Shown here: positions 63,323-64,000 of the stretch, piece by piece
How the letters are laid out: the number at the start of each line of letters is the position of its first letter
How positions within the stretch are numbered: position 1 is the first letter of the stretch
Assembly: GCA_002633005.1 (NCBI GenBank)
Contig: NMRA01000158.1
Span: 622,433-686,432, forward strand
Origin: Phoronis australis
Lineage: Eukaryota; Animalia; Phoronida
DNA: 64,000 nt
Reading direction: 5' to 3'
Notes under the pieces: generated by a model
The model's input: the letters and a program-made list of their open reading frames with translations, nothing else
Database searches by the model: none
What the model was told of the DNA's origin: nothing
Position numbers and translations under genes: made by a program

Positions 63323-64000
63323 CATTCTTTTAACCAAAACAAGGATATCTCAATGCAGCTTACGTTTGTGTATTCGACCATAAAATGCCCCATTTCTCAA
63401 CACTGTACTCATTAGCCTACTTTCGTCTCATCATGTACGTATACGCGTCCTAATACCCAAATGCATAAACGCTGCGTTTAAGATGTAGGTCTACTTTTTC
63501 TTCAAAGCAGAAAACATGTCATACTGTCAGTTTGGTAAACTCATCTAATTTCCTACATATCACAATTTTTAACCTCAACTCGTTTTACCAGTGTAAGGGT
63601 GTAATTTTGGTTCTTGTAGCAGACGCAGGACAACCAGTGGTGTGCGCACAGAACAATGCCGGATCATTGCAAAATGTTCCGAAAACGCAGTTTGTCAATT
63701 TTGTCCGCCTTCCACATAGAGTCTAGTCTCATGCACCTACGTGTAACGAACTGATGGTTCTTCTTTCGGAGCCATGAAATCACATTCAGTTCGTTGAATG
63801 AAACAATTTCAAACCAATTTCATAACGGAAATGATACATATCAAAACTTGTAGTTGTGGTGGAAGGTGGGTTTATAGGCACAAGTAATAATAAACTTTAC
63901 ATTGCGTAGGCCTACTGACCGATAAAGGATGTTCTTTATATAACGACGCAAGAATCTGATCTACGGTAGTTGTACGAGGATTCAGTAAGATTCCAGCCAC

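Overview
AT-rich animal genomic DNA, probably a marine invertebrate bilaterian (inferred from gene structure and repeat types). It holds two multi-exon minus-strand genes that I reconstructed by hand with GT-AG junctions and consistent intron phases. (1) A Smaug/SAMD4 homolog: 12 coding exons, 33947 to 9218, 2103 nt, 700 aa, with an intact RNA-binding SAM domain and a probable ~4 kb 3'UTR ending near 5240. (2) A ZFAND5/6-type A20+AN1 zinc-finger gene: 4 coding exons, 49975 to 43104, 191 aa. Bases 1 to ~5220 look like the 3' end of a convergent plus-strand gene, with opposing AATAAA signals 26 bp apart. Introns and flanks are full of short non-autonomous transposons: several MITE families with 5-bp target-site duplications (TSDs), TA-target MITEs (one nested), a HINE-like element carrying periodic CTCF-like motifs, a tRNA-derived SINE family and a decayed LINE RT fragment. 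There is one 384-N gap and a 556-bp tandem duplication around a single N that is probably an assembly artifact. I found no CRISPR array, intact transposase or clearly new protein system; the most interesting signals are regulatory and transposon-related.
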